Positions 1-17,825 are shown, counted from the stretch's first letter. The stretch is 64,000 nt of DNA from the human T2T-CHM13v2.0 reference genome, Homo sapiens (GCF_009914755.1 NC_060932.1); one strand, 5' to 3'. Numbers and translations: made by a program. The notes: a model not told the origin generated them from the sequence alone.

Positions 1-33
1 AGCGAGACTCCGGAAAAAGAAAAAAAAAAAAAG
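1..33 (+). mobile_element. 3' end and A-tail of an Alu cut by the window edge
   Basis: AGCGAGACTCC followed by an A-rich tail. Confidence 0.85.
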
Positions 34-1567
34 AATGACTCAAGTAAACATTTAGAGAGTAAAAAAAAAAAGAAAAAAAATTTTAAGTTCTGCCACTTTG
101 TTAAAAAAAATACCCCTGAAAGACAGAGTATGTCTTCGACTCTCACAAGTCCTTTATTAGACTTGCTTTGGAAGAGTTCCAAACTGTGGCTGAGAGGATG
201 GCATACTGAGGCACAGCTAAGGCTGCCATCCACTTCAGAGAAGGAGGGATTCTAGCGGAGTCACATGGGGGTTTGAGACTGACCAACCCATTGGTCTTTG
301 TTTCAGAAATGAGGAAACAGAACCAGAGAGGTTCTATCCTTATCGAGGATTGTTCAACTGCTGACCTTTCCCCTACCCTAAGATACTTAGACTCAGCTGT
401 ATTCAGGATTTTCAGTTCTTTCTCTGATTTCTCACATTTTCAAAGATATGCCATTCAGATTTGTTTAGGTATTTTTAAATCACTTGGAAGAAAATGACAT
501 AGTGGATCTGAGAGCACTTACAGCATTTCTGCACCATGTTCAGTACTTGAATCTGAATCTAAAGAGAGGGCTTTATTGGATCACTATTCTGGGATAATAT
601 TGAAATAACAACTAATAACAATAACAACAATTTTTGTTTTGTGAAAAAATAATACAACCAAATGAAAATAGATTAATCAAAACAGTGAAAACCCTGTCCC
701 CTTTTCTGAGCTTATGAAAAGAGAACCTAATTAGTAGGCATTCTTTTTATAGCTAATGTGCTAATTGCCTCAGAGATAACACCTGTGTAATTTATTTTTA
801 AAAATCTTACGAAAATCTACATTTTAGTGAGATTCTAGGAAAGAATAGCAACAGCTGGGCCCACATCTGTTTGAATGATGCGGCATGAAAAGGATTCTAA
901 ATATAGTCTGAATTAGAGGCAAATGTACTTTCATGCTGTAGTACAAAGTATCAGTTGAACTAGATCTGAAGGAGCTTATCATTAAAATAACCTAAAACTA
1001 AAATGGTACAGTTTGCTTTGGAAAGCAACAAATATTTACCTTAAGCAGTCTTTGTTAGCAAACTTGAAATATAACTGGTCCATTCCCACTTGCCAGATGG
1101 AGAGAAAGATTATACCAGAGCTTAGGAGAATAAAAATAAGTCACATCGACACAAGAAAGTGACTTTTTACAAGAAGTTTTCATCACATTCAGTGGCTTGG
1201 GGTGCCTTGTTTCTATTTTTCTTAGTTCTTGAATTTTATAGAGCCTGAGTTAGCAGCTCTCAACAGCTCTGCCTTCCTCCCTCCTCCCCTCCCTCCCTTC
1301 CTTCTTTTAACAAATACTTACATGCCCATTCTGTGCTGGGTATTTTTTGTATATACCCAGATAAGAATAGGGTAGCCATAGTTTCTGCTCTAATAGGGTT
1401 TTGAAGACTGACATAACAGATGTTTTACTTTAAACATGTGCATTTAGGTAACACTGTACCTATAAAGCTCTTAGTGTCTGGCACATAGTAAGTATCAATA
1501 AATAACAGCAACATGTGAAAACAGTACAAGAATCTGTGAAACCTGTAATAGCAGACCCAATATAATA

Positions 1568-1830
1568 GCTAGCATTTATTGAGCACCTACAGTATGCTAA
1601 GAATTCTTCATACACACGCACACACACACACACACACACAAAGCTATACACACAGTTGTATTTAATCGTTACAGCATTCCAAGGGTACATCATATTACCC
1701 CAGTTTACAGATGAGGTAACTGAAGCTTGGTGAGGTTGAGTTGTCCAAGGTCACATGTATGTCTCAGTGACTGTGCCAGGATTTGAATTCAGGTTTGACC
1801 TGACCAAAACTTGAGCCCTTGGCCATTAGG
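1568..1830 (-). mobile_element. MIR SINE with an internal (CA)n microsatellite (~1611-1640)
   Basis: CATTTATTGAGCACCTAC ... TTTACAGATGAGGTAACTGAAG ... CCAAGGTCACA ... GGATTTGAATTCAGG, the MIR core in antisense. Confidence 0.8.
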
Positions 1831-2091
1831 ATGTACCTTGGAATCCCATTTTTACAGCCTCCATTGCCACACACTACCCCCGAGAACAGTCCACTAGCAG
1901 CACTTGTTTCCCTACCCTCCAGTGCCTGGGAGAGTTAATTTGCACACCACTGTCAATACCTTACCTTCAGGGCCCCTTCTCAGGATCACAAGACTACCAG
2001 AAAATCAATAGGAATTAATCATCAGTGAAAGCCAAAGGTTTTTACTTCAATATGTATTTTCCTTTGTGTTGATATGTCTTTACAGAGATAA

Positions 2092-2471
<380 letters not shown>

Positions 2472-2893
2472 CAAATAACATCTTTTATGTGCCATCATAC
2501 ACATACATATATTTAAATTAAGCATTATATTTTACAAGCCACTTTCATGTCCATGAACTTGCTTAAGCTTCCCTAAGCCTTGTTTATAGCATCTCTTCTC
2601 CATTTTGTAGATGAAGAAACTGAAGCCTAGAGCAAAAAAAAAAAAAAAAAAAATTGCCCAAAGCCAATAGTTAATTTCCAGCAAACCTGGGACTTCAACT
2701 CAGCTCTGGTTCCTTTGCATCCTAAGAAAATCATATGTGTGTGGTGATTGTAATCCCCTGGATTGGGGGCTGTGTTTGATTGTTTATCTCTGAACTTCAG
2801 TAGACGCCAATTGGGAGGTGAACTCCCGATCTCACTGTAACGTGCCTCCTCTGTAGGGTGGTTTTACCACACATGTAAGAAGCCTTCACATTA

Positions 2894-3235
<342 letters not shown>

Positions 3236-3857
3236 CTATCTGGAGTTGCTACAAGCCCAGTGCCATTGTTTCATGCCTGCTGCTACTGTTCCTTTCCACA
3301 GATGCCTATCCTTGGGACATACACTGCTTGATTGCTCTCCTGGCTAGAGATAACCAGAAGCTAAACCTTGTTAAAATAAATGACCTAAGTAAGACAACTT
3401 TCTCCTCCAGGACCTTGCCCTTTAGTTATCTCTTCTTTCTGTATCATCCATATCATTAGTCTCTGCTGGCTTTCCACTCAGGCTACAAACCCACTCAACC
3501 CTTTAAAATGAAACAGACAGAGGAGAGAGAGATTGTCCCGTGTCTAGCTAATGCCCCTTCTCTCCTTTCCCTGTCTTAAAAGAGTGTTCTGACTACCCAG
3601 GGACCACTTGTTTACTTCCATTTACTCCTTAACATTGGCAGCCCGATCTCTTCCACCATTCCAGTGAATCCTCTCTGCAGAATATCTCCAGTGACCTGCA
3701 CATTGCCAGTTTTCCAATCCATATCTTCCTAAGTCTCTGTGCCATTTAAAATTTTTGACTACTCGACGCTCCCAGATACTCATTACTCCCTTGTGCGGGA
3801 TCCTTCTCAACTAACTCCTGTATCTACACCTAAATATAACTTTTTAGGATTATCTCT

Positions 3858-3984
3858 GTTTTTCTTGTGGAGACAGGGTCTCGGTATGTTGCCCGGGCTC
3901 TTCACGAACTTCTGGCCTCAAGCGATCCTCCTGCCTCAGCCTCCCAAAGCACTGGGATTGTAGGCGTGAGCCACCATACTGGCC
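3858..3984 (-). mobile_element. FLAM / free left Alu monomer
   Basis: A single antisense left arm: GAGACAGGGTCTC ... GAGCCACCATACTGGCC. Confidence 0.85.
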
Positions 3985-4640
3985 GATGTTTTAGGATTCT
4001 CATTCTGGGCAATTGCGCTTCTTTCTACTGACTTTTCTTTTGTCATTTCATTTATTATCACGGCTGCAGCTCCCACACTCACCTTTATGCTACTGCGTGA
4101 GCTCCCTCACCATAATCCTGTCCTTACTGCTTCTCTGACTGCTGGGACGTAACAGGAGGCCCTCAGCCTCAAGATAATTTTTTTCTTCTGATATCAGCTC
4201 TTCCTCCTGCATTCCCTCCCTCAGGTAGTGCATCATACACTGAAATAGAAAACCTAGTCATAATTAGACTAACCCCCTTCCTTCATTCCCAGCAATCACA
4301 TTTCAATTATTTTGCCTCTGAGCTATTTCTGTTGATTGATTGATTGCCTATATCTCCTCAAATTCCTTTTACCAGGGATATTTCTCAAATCTGGCCTCTC
4401 TCTATGTCCTGGTCCTTTTTCCTGGCAAATCTCTGTACTTAACACTGTTCTGTGTATCTGAAACTCTTCTCTCACTTTGGTTGTTGTTACTGTTGACATT
4501 TATTCATTCTTATAGACTTATTTCAGGCCTCATTGCCCCTTTAGTTCTATGCATGTGTCTTTCTTAACACTCGAGATACTGTGTACCTGTGTTCCCCACT
4601 AGGCTAGGAGTTTTTTTTAGGACAAGTCTTTTCCCCAGTC

Positions 4641-4949
<309 letters not shown>

Positions 4950-6299
4950 TTTTCCCCCAGTCTTTAATTCATCTTTGTACTTCCAAGGCCTACAGCAGTA
5001 CCTAAAACTTACCACATCCTCAATAAATATTTGTTGAACTGGATCATACTTACTTCCTAGAGTAATCAGAACACATGAAAAGCATTGGAAACGGGAACTT
5101 TGGAGGAAAAATATAGGCAGTTATCCAAAGTATCACTCATGCAGCTGTTGCAGGACAACTGGATGTTAACATGTAGACTCTCTTCTGCCTCCCATCTTTG
5201 CGTTTGAACATGTATTGCTAAGTGCCCCTCTCTCAGCCAATCTGTCTCTGTCTCTGCTCTCAGTCTGCCCAAGTCCTGCTTATTCTCTTGGACTCAGCTG
5301 TTGGCCCACCTCAGAATGGGTTAGAGGCCTTTCATCCATGCTGCTGTGTCTAGCAGGGTACTTATCAGAGGGCATTCTTGTTATCAAAGGGTTTCCTGTT
5401 TCCTTGTCTGTCTTCCCCAGTTAACTGTGAGCTCATTTAGAACAGAGACCAAGTCGTGCTCCTTTTACATTTTCAGTGTCTGACATGGCTCTGCTTATTA
5501 AATGTTTGATGAATAATGAAGGAATATACTTTAAAAGTAGCAGATGTTTGTGGGTGTGCTGTTACTGAAACCCCCACCTACCTCGAATTTAAAGCTTAGG
5601 TTTCCTTTCTTGAGTAGGACCTTAAAAGCCATGTATTTTAGTTTAGGTGCATTCAAATTCTGGTGTCTCCAGTTAGCAGTTGTTAATCACACTAGCTGAT
5701 CAACTACTGGTCTTAAATCAAAGCATTTATTATCAAAGCCTTTTTGTTTATGAGTACAAACACACCATTGATGTTTATAAGAATAATTATTTTCTCCCCT
5801 GAATGTTAACTAGCCACAAAAGCTGGTGTACACATGTGATAGTGTTTTTCACGGAGTTTAAAGAATGTTGGTCTTTGATGTTCTGCTCTTGAATGGAAAT
5901 GAGTCTGTATTACAAAATCACTAGTGAGGAAAATGGGGAACTTCTAGACAAGCACCTGAGAAGCATTATTAGAATTCCTGAGCATTAAAATCCAACAGAT
6001 GCATTTTTCATGACGTTAAAAAAAACTCCACTTTCTGGTAGTAGCCCATGTCTTATGCTACGAAAATGAATGAGATTAAGTAGAATATGTTAAAATCATA
6101 TTAAGTAGAAATGTCTTAGTCAAAACGTGACTGAAAGGAAAAGACACTAATACAAGGTAGCGGTAGCAAAAAAAAATTAATAAATAGAAAAAATTTTAAA
6201 TAAGCTGTAAGGAAAAAGGGGTGTCTCATGGGAAAAGGGACTAGGAACAAGAATCTAAAAGGAGGCCCTTTTGGTCTTTCTCAGACCATAAAATCTCTC

Positions 6300-6662
6300 A
6301 TCTCTACTTCTTTGCATGACTTGCATTTTTTTTTTCTTTCTCTCAGCCTGGCTTGCTCAGTTTGCCTGACCACCTGGCAGAAGGTAGCTACCTCATAGCA
6401 TTCTAGGTTATGTATCCTCTTTCAGTTCAACTAAAGAGCCCAGACAGAATTAGAATCTCTCAGTTACAATTCCAGTCTCACAGAAAAGTTGGTTGAGGCA
6501 ACATAGGTAGGTCACAAGTCCAGTGTGGTCCAGGCAACTGTGATCAAGGAGACAGAGCCACATGACACAAATATGGTTGCCATGGCACATGTCTGAATGC
6601 AAAGAGACAGTTCTCAGACAGGATGGGCTATCATGAGTTAGACAGACAACTCCTACCACCAC
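6300..6662 (-). mobile_element. Probable old MaLR (MLT1-type) LTR remnant
   Basis: MLT1-like segments, e.g. GAGCCACATGACACAAATATGGTTGCC and GACAGTTCTCAGA; heavily diverged. Confidence 0.4.
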
Positions 6663-6747
6663 CAAAAACCCAAGGAAGCATAAAGTAAAAAGGATAATGT
6701 AGTAGCACTATCTCAGTATAAATTATTTATAGATTTATTGTCTTTTT

Positions 6748-6862
6748 CCTCCACCAAATTATGTGTACCATGAGGTCAGGCACCATAATTATGTTTAATT
6801 CTCTAGTACCTAGCAGTGCCCGACAATAGGCATTCAGTAAATATTCAGTAAATATTGGATGA
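6748..6862 (+). mobile_element. L2 3' end
   Basis: TACCTAGCAGTGCCCGACAATAGGCATTCAGTAAATATT...GGATGAA. Confidence 0.65.
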
Positions 6863-7670
6863 ACAGAAACTAAGGTAAGCTCTGCCTTCATGGGAATTAT
6901 AGTCTGGTCATGAAAGCAGGCAGAAAACAAGCAAATAAAAAGATGTAATTGTGGTAAATATTAAGAAAGTTAAAAGGGGGAGAGGGGTAAAGGAAGGGTT
7001 ACCAAACTACAGCAGAAACTTTCAGAGGTAGGTGATGGTGTTAAAACCCAAAGTAGCTGTACTAACTTTGCTTATTCATCCGAAGAGACTGGAGGTGGTA
7101 ATCATAAAAGATTCCGTTTACATTTTGTTCCATTCATCATTTTAACACATAAAAAACTAGTTTACATTAGAGCATGGGTTGCTAAAAGGTTGCTGTAAAG
7201 AACTATATAAAATTTTAATAAATTTAATTAATGTTTGCTGATATCTTTTCATTTTTATCTTCCATTTTTAAATTGGTAAACTCTTAGCCTGGAGCTCGAT
7301 GTAATTATATAACAGTTCTATGAGCTGGTCAATGATTAATCAAGTGCACAATAGGAGATATACATTGGCCAACTCTGCAAGCAGATTTGGATTAAGATTA
7401 CAAATCACACAATGGGAAAGACATGTTCTCCAAAGGAGAATCAGGCAGGATCAGATGATACACCGGGATGTGTTTTCAGTGTGATGGAAAGATTGTTTCC
7501 AGTGATCTTAGTGATGGTAAAGATAGAGGAGAAGACACCTAAGAAATGTGTTTTTCTGGAGTTATATTAGTATTTTTGTTGCCAGTATCTAATAGTGTTT
7601 CCAGAACTATTCTGGAAGCAAGCCAGATCTCCTAAACAATAATTAACAGAGCTTTTTACCTAGCTTTATT

Positions 7671-8050
7671 CATTAGAGTAACTAACAGGAGTTTCTATAT
7701 AAACAACTCCAAAACCCTAGTGGCTTATTAAACTGTAGATTTTTTTCCTATATAAAGTTCAGTGCAGATAAAGGGGGTGTTTGTTCCATAAATTTATTCA
7801 GGGACCCAGGCTCTTTCCATCTTGTGGTTCTGTCCTCCCGCACTCAATTCATTCAAGCTGGTCCATGGGGAAAGAATGAGATTGGGCCAGGACTACACCA
7901 GGAAGTGCACATCACTTCCACTCTCATTTCATTAGCCAGGATTGAGTCACAAGTACCACACCTACCTACAAGGAGGGCTGGACAAAGGTATAGTTGGGGA
8001 CTCAGGAAGAAGAGAGTATTAGTGACTGTTCTCAGTGTCTGCCACACTAG
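7671..8050 (-). mobile_element. MLT1 (MaLR) solo LTR, MLT1I/J-like
   Basis: AAACAACTCCAAAACCCTAGTGGCTTA; ATTCAGGGACCCAGGCT; CACATCACTTCCACTCTCATTTCATTAGCCAG. Confidence 0.7.
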
Positions 8051-8065
8051 CAATATGTAGATTCA

Positions 8066-8565
<500 letters not shown>

Positions 8566-9642
8566 CTACAAACCACATGTGATTCCCTGGTTCTGTCAGT
8601 GCTGGAAAATTCAGAAGAAAAATAAGAGCAAATCGATTCTGAAAAGTAGTTATTTAATCAGAATGGGGGTAGTGTGTGCTTTCCCTTCCAAAGCACAACT
8701 ATGAGTTGCCCATCAAAGCTTATAATCATCTCCTCTAGGAGTGTTCCTCAACATGAACGAGTTTCAAATGTTGGCAGGTCATACTTGTTGAAGACCCCCT
8801 GTAGTCTGGAGCAGTATTTCCCAACTAAGAATTTAGGAAAGAGTCTAATTCCATAATTTTACTTAAATCTGTCCCAGGGGGCCTGGTTTAGGTCTGATAC
8901 CATATGCTCTTGTCCATGATGACAGTAGCTGTGCCCCAGCTCTGTTTCAGGGATTCTGCAAATTTAATTATACAACAATAATAGCTTACACTGTTGAGCA
9001 CTTACTATATTCTGGGTACCATTCTAAGAATGCTATTACTATTATACTCATGTCCGGGAAATAGGATGCTGCCCCACCTTGCACTCTCAGGGATCTTGTC
9101 CATTAATCCACACTGGAAGTTACCCCTGCCCAGGAAGTTTATCAAGGGAGATACAAACTTGGCAGTTTAAGAGGGTGGTTCTTATTGTTATAACCAGGAC
9201 TGACGAAAATTTGAAGGACATAATTGTATTTTTAGATACCTCAGATTTAGTTTGGCAAATGGCTGTTGTGGTGCTGACCAGCTTTCCCCATATAGAGCTA
9301 ATTATTCTTTGTTTATTTTTATTTACTGACTCCAGTGGGTTAATTTTGAAATTTATTTGAACTTGGTTCAATAAATGATCACTGAGCATCCACTCTGTGG
9401 AAAGCTCCATGCTAATTATTGTAGGGAACACAAACAGGAGGAAGGTTTAGTCATCAAGCATACTGATGAGTAGAGGTAACAGGATTACCCTAAACATTAT
9501 GAGGTTGCTGAGACTTTTGAAGACCATCCTGTAGGTCTTGAACCTTTAGCTGATGGGTTAAACACTGAATGCTGTGAGAGATGATGGCTTTGGAGTCCCA
9601 AGTTAGACAGTTATATCTCCTACTATCTGATGTGCTAATATT

Positions 9643-10405
9643 CTTCTTTATAACAGTTTTATTAAGATGTAATATACATACCATACAACTCACCTACTTA
9701 AAGTGTGCAGTAGACTGGGTTTTGTTTTTGTATATTCACAGAGCTAGGCAGCCATCACCACAATCAATTTTAGAACATTTTCAAAAAGAAATCCTGTATA
9801 ATCCTGTATCTGTTAGCATTTACTTCCTATTTTCTCCCAAGTTCCCCAGCTCTAGGCAACCACTAAATCTACTTTCTATCTCTATTTGCTGTTTGGGACG
9901 TTTCATATAAACATGCATATGTGGTCTTTTGTGACTGGATTCTTTCACTTGGCATAATGTTTTCAAGGTTTATCCATGTTGTAGCATGTATCACTATTTC
10001 ATTCCTTTCTAGTGCTGAGTAACATTTCATTATATGAATATACCACATTTTATATATCATTCTTCAGTTGATGGTCATCTGGGTTCTTTCTGTCTTTTGG
10101 CTATTATGGATAGTGCTGCTGTGAACATTTGTGTACAGTGGACATTTGTTTTTATTTCCATTTCTCGTGGTATTTATCTCACAGTGTAATTGCTGGGTCA
10201 TATGGTAACTCTATGTTTATCCTTTTTAGGAACTGCCAGACTTTTCCAAAGGGACTGCGCCATTTTACATTCCCACCAGCATTGTATGAGGGTTCCAATT
10301 GCTCCGCGTCCTCACCAGCACATGTTATTGTCTCTTTTTTATTGTAGACATCCTAGTGGGCATGAAGTGGTATTTCATTATTTTGATTTGCATTTCCCTG
10401 ATGGA
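9643..10405 (-). mobile_element. L1M (L1MB-like) 3' end and ORF2 C-terminus relic
   Basis: The minus-strand ORF at 9869-10060 (KMWYIHIMKCYSALERNEIVIHATTWINLENIMPSE) resembles the L1 ORF2 C-terminus; L1M 3' UTR motifs are present. Confidence 0.85.
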
Positions 10406-11929
10406 TTAATATTGTAATATTTATTTTACCAATCTAGGGCTAAACTTGCGATCGTATACTTTCTTATGCACGTAATAGAAACTGTCTCATATTACTGGAT
10501 TGACTTTCTAAAACAAAACCATAGTTCTTTACAAAATGAATGTCATTTATGGGGTTAGAATTATACGTGAAAAAACATAAAGTAAAATGACATGGAGTTA
10601 AGATTACACACTCATCTGGGAAATTTGTTTTGCGCTATGAATTCATTCACAGTGTTCCGAGGCCTTTATCTGAGCTACTCAAGTACTACTATGTGACATT
10701 TACTGGATAATCCAGACAGCACTTTGGTTAAATCCACAGTGTGATGTCACCCAGTAAACACTTGAAAATGGAGATGTGTGTCTCTTCTGGTTTTATCAGT
10801 CAAGATTAGTGGTGGTTCACAGCACAGTGAACTTTTTCTCCTCTGTGATCCATCAGTCTGTGTCTCATTGTGGGCCAATAATCTGTCACCTGAAACTACT
10901 TAAAATAGGTTGGACTTTCTTGAATGTCGTGTTGCTGTGATGACATAGGGTTTTGGCTGCAGAAAGGAAAGAACCTTTTTATAACTTTTGTTTGCCTCTG
11001 TATCCCTTGTTTCCAGTAAAAGCACTGTGATTTTTAGCCCCTTGCTTATATATGTAGACTATTTTCTAAACCAGTTTTTCATCCATCTCTTTACCTTCTG
11101 GGGCCCCTAATCTGGTGACCTTTGTGTTTCTGTCAAAGAAAGAAAATGACACAGGGCTTGGAAGGTGACAGAGTTTCACCATCTTGGTTTGACCAACTAG
11201 CAGACAGGTAAAAACAGCATCCAAAAGGGCCATTTGATAATAAAATTAAAAAATTAAAAGTTGAAGAGAATTCAGAGGATGCTTTCTTCAGAGAAGTGCT
11301 TAGGATTTCTCAGAAATCTCCCCAGAAAAGAGGCCTTAACAGTAGAGTGATCATCCTTTCTGACCCCCTGAGAGAATAACACACAGGTCGGAATTCTCTT
11401 CATTGGGCTGCACACCCCTGTCTCTGCTTAGTACAGCTTTGGGAAGTTCTGAGAGGGACAAAGGGGGTAAAGAACTGAGAGTGGATCATTAACCCTTCAT
11501 AATACATCATCCCATGTTCTGCCTCATTGGTTCCTTAATTTTTAGTGTGTGATTGTGTGGCTCGGTTGGGGAATAGTTGGAAGGAATAGTTGGAGCTTGA
11601 ATTTTGTCTCCTCCAAAGTAAAAGGAAGCAACAGCTTTATACATTTATAGAGCTGGATTTCTTTCTTTGTTTTTTAAGCTCTAATGAATTCTGTTTTGAG
11701 CATTCTATTGACTAAAATATTATTTTGGATGAAACTGAAGCATATCATGACCCAATAATAACCGTTGCCCCTACTGAAGATCTTAAACTACTGCATAATC
11801 CTGAACCATGTGCCTTCACAACTATTAAACAAGAAATAACTAATATTTATTAAAGTATGAGTAGGAATTACAGCTTACAGCTTAGATTCTGATCTTTGCA
11901 CTGATTAGCTCTTGATTAATTAAAAAAAA

Positions 11930-12110
11930 TAGCTAGCACTTATTAAACATTTACTACACGCTAGGCATTATAATAGCCTTGCATAGATTATCTCATTTAA
12001 TACTTTCCATGGCCCTATGAACTAGGTACTGTTATTTTCTTCTTTTTACAAACTGAGGTAAATTTAGTGTTGTCATGTGCAGTTTGCACCCTTAACTCCC
12101 AACACTCACT
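11930..12110 (-). mobile_element. MIR
   Basis: CACTTATTAAACATTTACTAC...ATTATCTCATTTAAT...TTTTACAAACTGAGG. Confidence 0.65.
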
Positions 12111-12229
12111 TCTGCTGGGTACATGACATATTGAATGAATACTATGTTTGTAAGAGAGAGAGAATATGCATGAATGAATGAGAGAGAGCATACCCAAACA
12201 GGGAAGCAAACTGATGGATTTGGCTGTAG

Positions 12230-12632
<403 letters not shown>

Positions 12633-13244
12633 TAACTGCTGAGGAGAAGCAAACTCAAGGCTGGGCATTCCTGCAGGAAAATGGCCAAGGTGTACTTTCG
12701 TGGAATAAAAATGAATCAGAGAATTTGCTAATTTTTTTCTCTTAAGAAATTAGAATAAAAAACAACAGTGCTTATACTGATTTTTCTTTAAGAAATCGAA
12801 TACCTCTGATTACTTATTTTGCATAGAAAATATAGAGTATACTTAGAAATTCAGGAAGTATTTTCTTTCTCATTGCAAACATTAAGTTATTCTTAGTCAC
12901 TTATTCAATTAAATTGTTACAGTCACTTCACTGGGCCATTTTACTGTGAGATATCCTAAAATCAATGAATTCGTAACATCTCTGTCATAATCACACACCC
13001 ATTTTTAACAACCTGTATTTCATATTTTCATGCTTTTTAGTCAAGGTAAATGTCTGAATATAATGTAACTAAAGCTACATTCCTATAAAAATGCCTGGCC
13101 AAAAGGTAGCTCTTCAAGCCAGCAGTCATCTCCAGGATAATACATTGAATCTGTAGAGCTTATTTTACCCAGTTTTTCCCCTCCCCTGCAAAGGCAATTC
13201 TTTAATCTGCTCTACAAAGTCTCTACCTACTAAGAAGTCATCTT

Positions 13245-13385
13245 TGGTTGAGGGACCTCCTGGGACAGGCAGCTCATTCCATTTTCAAATAGTTCTAAAT
13301 GGGGGAAATGGTTTCCTTTGTTCAGCCAAATGTTGTCTTCTTTAAGGCCTGCTTCTCCACATTAGCTCTTCCTTCTGGAATGAGA
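13245..13385 (-). mobile_element. L3/CR1 LINE fragment
   Basis: GGCAGCTCATTCCATTTTCAAATAGTTCTAA...CAGCCAAATG...CCTTCTGGA resembles the L3 3' consensus. Confidence 0.6.
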
Positions 13386-13429
13386 CACAGTAAAAACTAG
13401 GGTGAAATCTCTTAATTAACAAACACTTA

Positions 13430-13769
<340 letters not shown>

Positions 13770-13838
13770 TCATAATATTAATGTGGACAAATAAACACGG
13801 ATGTTGAAGTCACATGATAGCAAAAATAATGCTGACTG

Positions 13839-14350
<512 letters not shown>

Positions 14351-14505
14351 TGCGGACCCAGAGCCAGATCTTCCAGTGCTGATGCTGCGCCTCATTAGCA
14401 GGATAATGCGGGAAATTTACTTAAACCATCTCCACTTTTGTTTCCTTATCTGTAAAAACAGGCAGAGTTGTTATAGTAATTAAATGGAATACCATTGAAC
14501 GTGAC

Positions 14506-14648
14506 CAGTGGTTCTTAACAGGGATTGCATATCAAATTCATCTGTGGGTTTTTTTTTTTTTTTTTTTTTTTTTCCCCAGTTTAGGTCTTACCAGGAACTT
14601 CTGATTCATTTAAATACTATGTGGTTTGTTGTCACCAGTTTGAGACTC
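14506..14648. mobile_element. MER5-type hAT-Charlie MITE with a poly-T tract
   Basis: Termini CAGTGGTTCTTAA ... CCAGTTTGAGA. Confidence 0.55.
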
Positions 14649-15159
14649 ATGTCAACATTGGTTCAGAATAAGCAGGGTGATGGGTGATTTTTTAAATTAA
14701 TCCTCTTAATAACTGCAAAACTCAGGACAGTGTTAGTATTGATGGGATTAAGTTTGGGGTGATATTAAAATCTGATTTCAAAGTCCCATAGTAGTTGTTC
14801 CTCCGATCCTTAAAATGAACTTCCTTGCCCCCATTTATTGCTGAAACATTTTTCTGCATGCATACCCAAGGTAGCACATTTCATGAATAGTTGATGCTAG
14901 TAAAAAATAATGTTCTGTTATTTTCTTCTGTATTTGATAACTCCTTTACTGTGACCCAGTGAACCATTCTGAAAGTAAACCTTTGAAGTATTTTTATAGC
15001 ATCACCTACACATAATTTGTATTTTTAAATCTGTATATAGTGAAATGCATGAGGTTATCAATAGTCTAGTTGATACAGGATTCTCATCACCAAGTATATT
15101 GGCTGAATCAAGAGGAGATTCTTTGTCAGTGTGCTCCGTTTTTAAAAAGAAAGGAGCAC

Positions 15160-15503
15160 TCTATTCGTTTCTTTTCACACTGCTATAAAGAATGAACTGA
15201 GACTGGGTAATTTATACAGAAAAGAGGCTGGGGAGGCCTCAGGAAACTTAAAATCATAGCAGAAGGTAAAGAGCAAGCAAGGAATGTCTTACATGGCAAC
15301 AGGAGAGAGAGCGAGCAAGAGGCGAGAACTGCCACACACTTTTAAACCATCAGATCTCAAGAGAACTCACTCACTATGATAGGAACAGCATGGGGGAAAC
15401 AGCCCCCATGACCCAGTTACCTCCCACCAGGTCCCTCCCTCAACATGTGGGGACTACAATTTGAGATGAGATTTGGGTGGGGACACAAAGCCAAACCATA
15501 TTA
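15160..15503 (-). mobile_element. THE1D-like MaLR solo LTR
   Basis: Ends GGGGACACAAAGCCAAACCATATTA; 5-bp TSD AGCAC at 15155-15159 and 15504-15508. Confidence 0.9.
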
Positions 15504-15661
15504 AGCACCCCTAAGGAAAATGTAACAACCCCTTTAATGCATTTATTTATTGGGAGGTTGGCAATTCATTTCACTGAGAATAACCAAAGAACTTTTGGCT
15601 TATGGAAAGAGAATGCCATGTAGTTTGAAGACTATTATTACCTTGACCTCATAATTTTGGC

Positions 15662-16760
<1,099 letters not shown>

Positions 16761-17199
16761 GCTCTGTAGCCCGCTGAGCAGTCTTGAATCATCCTACCTA
16801 ACCAGTGGTCATCTCAGTTCCAAATAGTGTCCTGTCTGACTCACTGACGTTCCATCCTATCATTATTTGACTGCTCAGTTATTTCTGTGTCACAATCATT
16901 AACTATTTTTGTGAAGTATGGCTTCAAAGAGAAAACAAAAAAAACTTTGAGCCATGCCTTTTTGTCCCTGAAATGAACAATCTATGTGACCCATTTAGCC
17001 TGACCTCCATCATAACTTGAGCAGGATTGGCTGGGGAATGTGCTAGAACCCCAGCAGCACAGGCTGGTGGGAAAGGGGGCCTGAGGAAAATCACCTGCCT
17101 GTACAGTCGGCATCCAGAAGGGGTTGAAAAACCAGCAAAAGTGGGACAGCAAACAGCGTCCCAAGTAGTCATCTAACCCGAGGTTTCCCTGGCCAAAGG

Positions 17200-17400
17200 T
17201 AATAGAATGCAGTGGCTCATGGTATCCAGCATCTGTCACATACTGGCTTTGTGACCTTTGCAAATTCACCTCTCAGTGCTTGGTCTTCTCTAAAATAAGT
17301 AATAATAATCGTACCTCACTACATGGAGGTGGCGGTGGGGTGGTGGTGAGGATTAAGTGAACTTATTCACCGAAAGTACTTGGAAGACTTTCTTGTTAGT
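17200..17400 (+). mobile_element. MIR
   Basis: TGTGACCTTTGCAAATTCACCTCTCAGTGCTTGGTCTTCTCTAAAAT. Confidence 0.6.
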
Positions 17401-17513
17401 TGTTAGGAGACAGCGTCCCAGTTCCTTCAGAAGGGGACCCAGGCACGGTGTCAGGACCTCTGCAGTTAGTGAGCTCCCATTCTCCACAAGACATGAGTTT
17501 TCCATACAAGCCA

Positions 17514-17822
<309 letters not shown>

Positions 17823-17825
17823 CAA

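Noticed and set aside
9869-10060. ORF similar to the L1 ORF2 C-terminus
   Set aside because: A relic of a dead L1M fragment, annotated as a mobile element
11218-11380. Protein-looking frame (…DNKIKKLKVEENSEDAFFREVLRISQ…)
   Set aside because: No start codon, no polypyrimidine acceptor, an upstream in-frame stop and no recognisable homology
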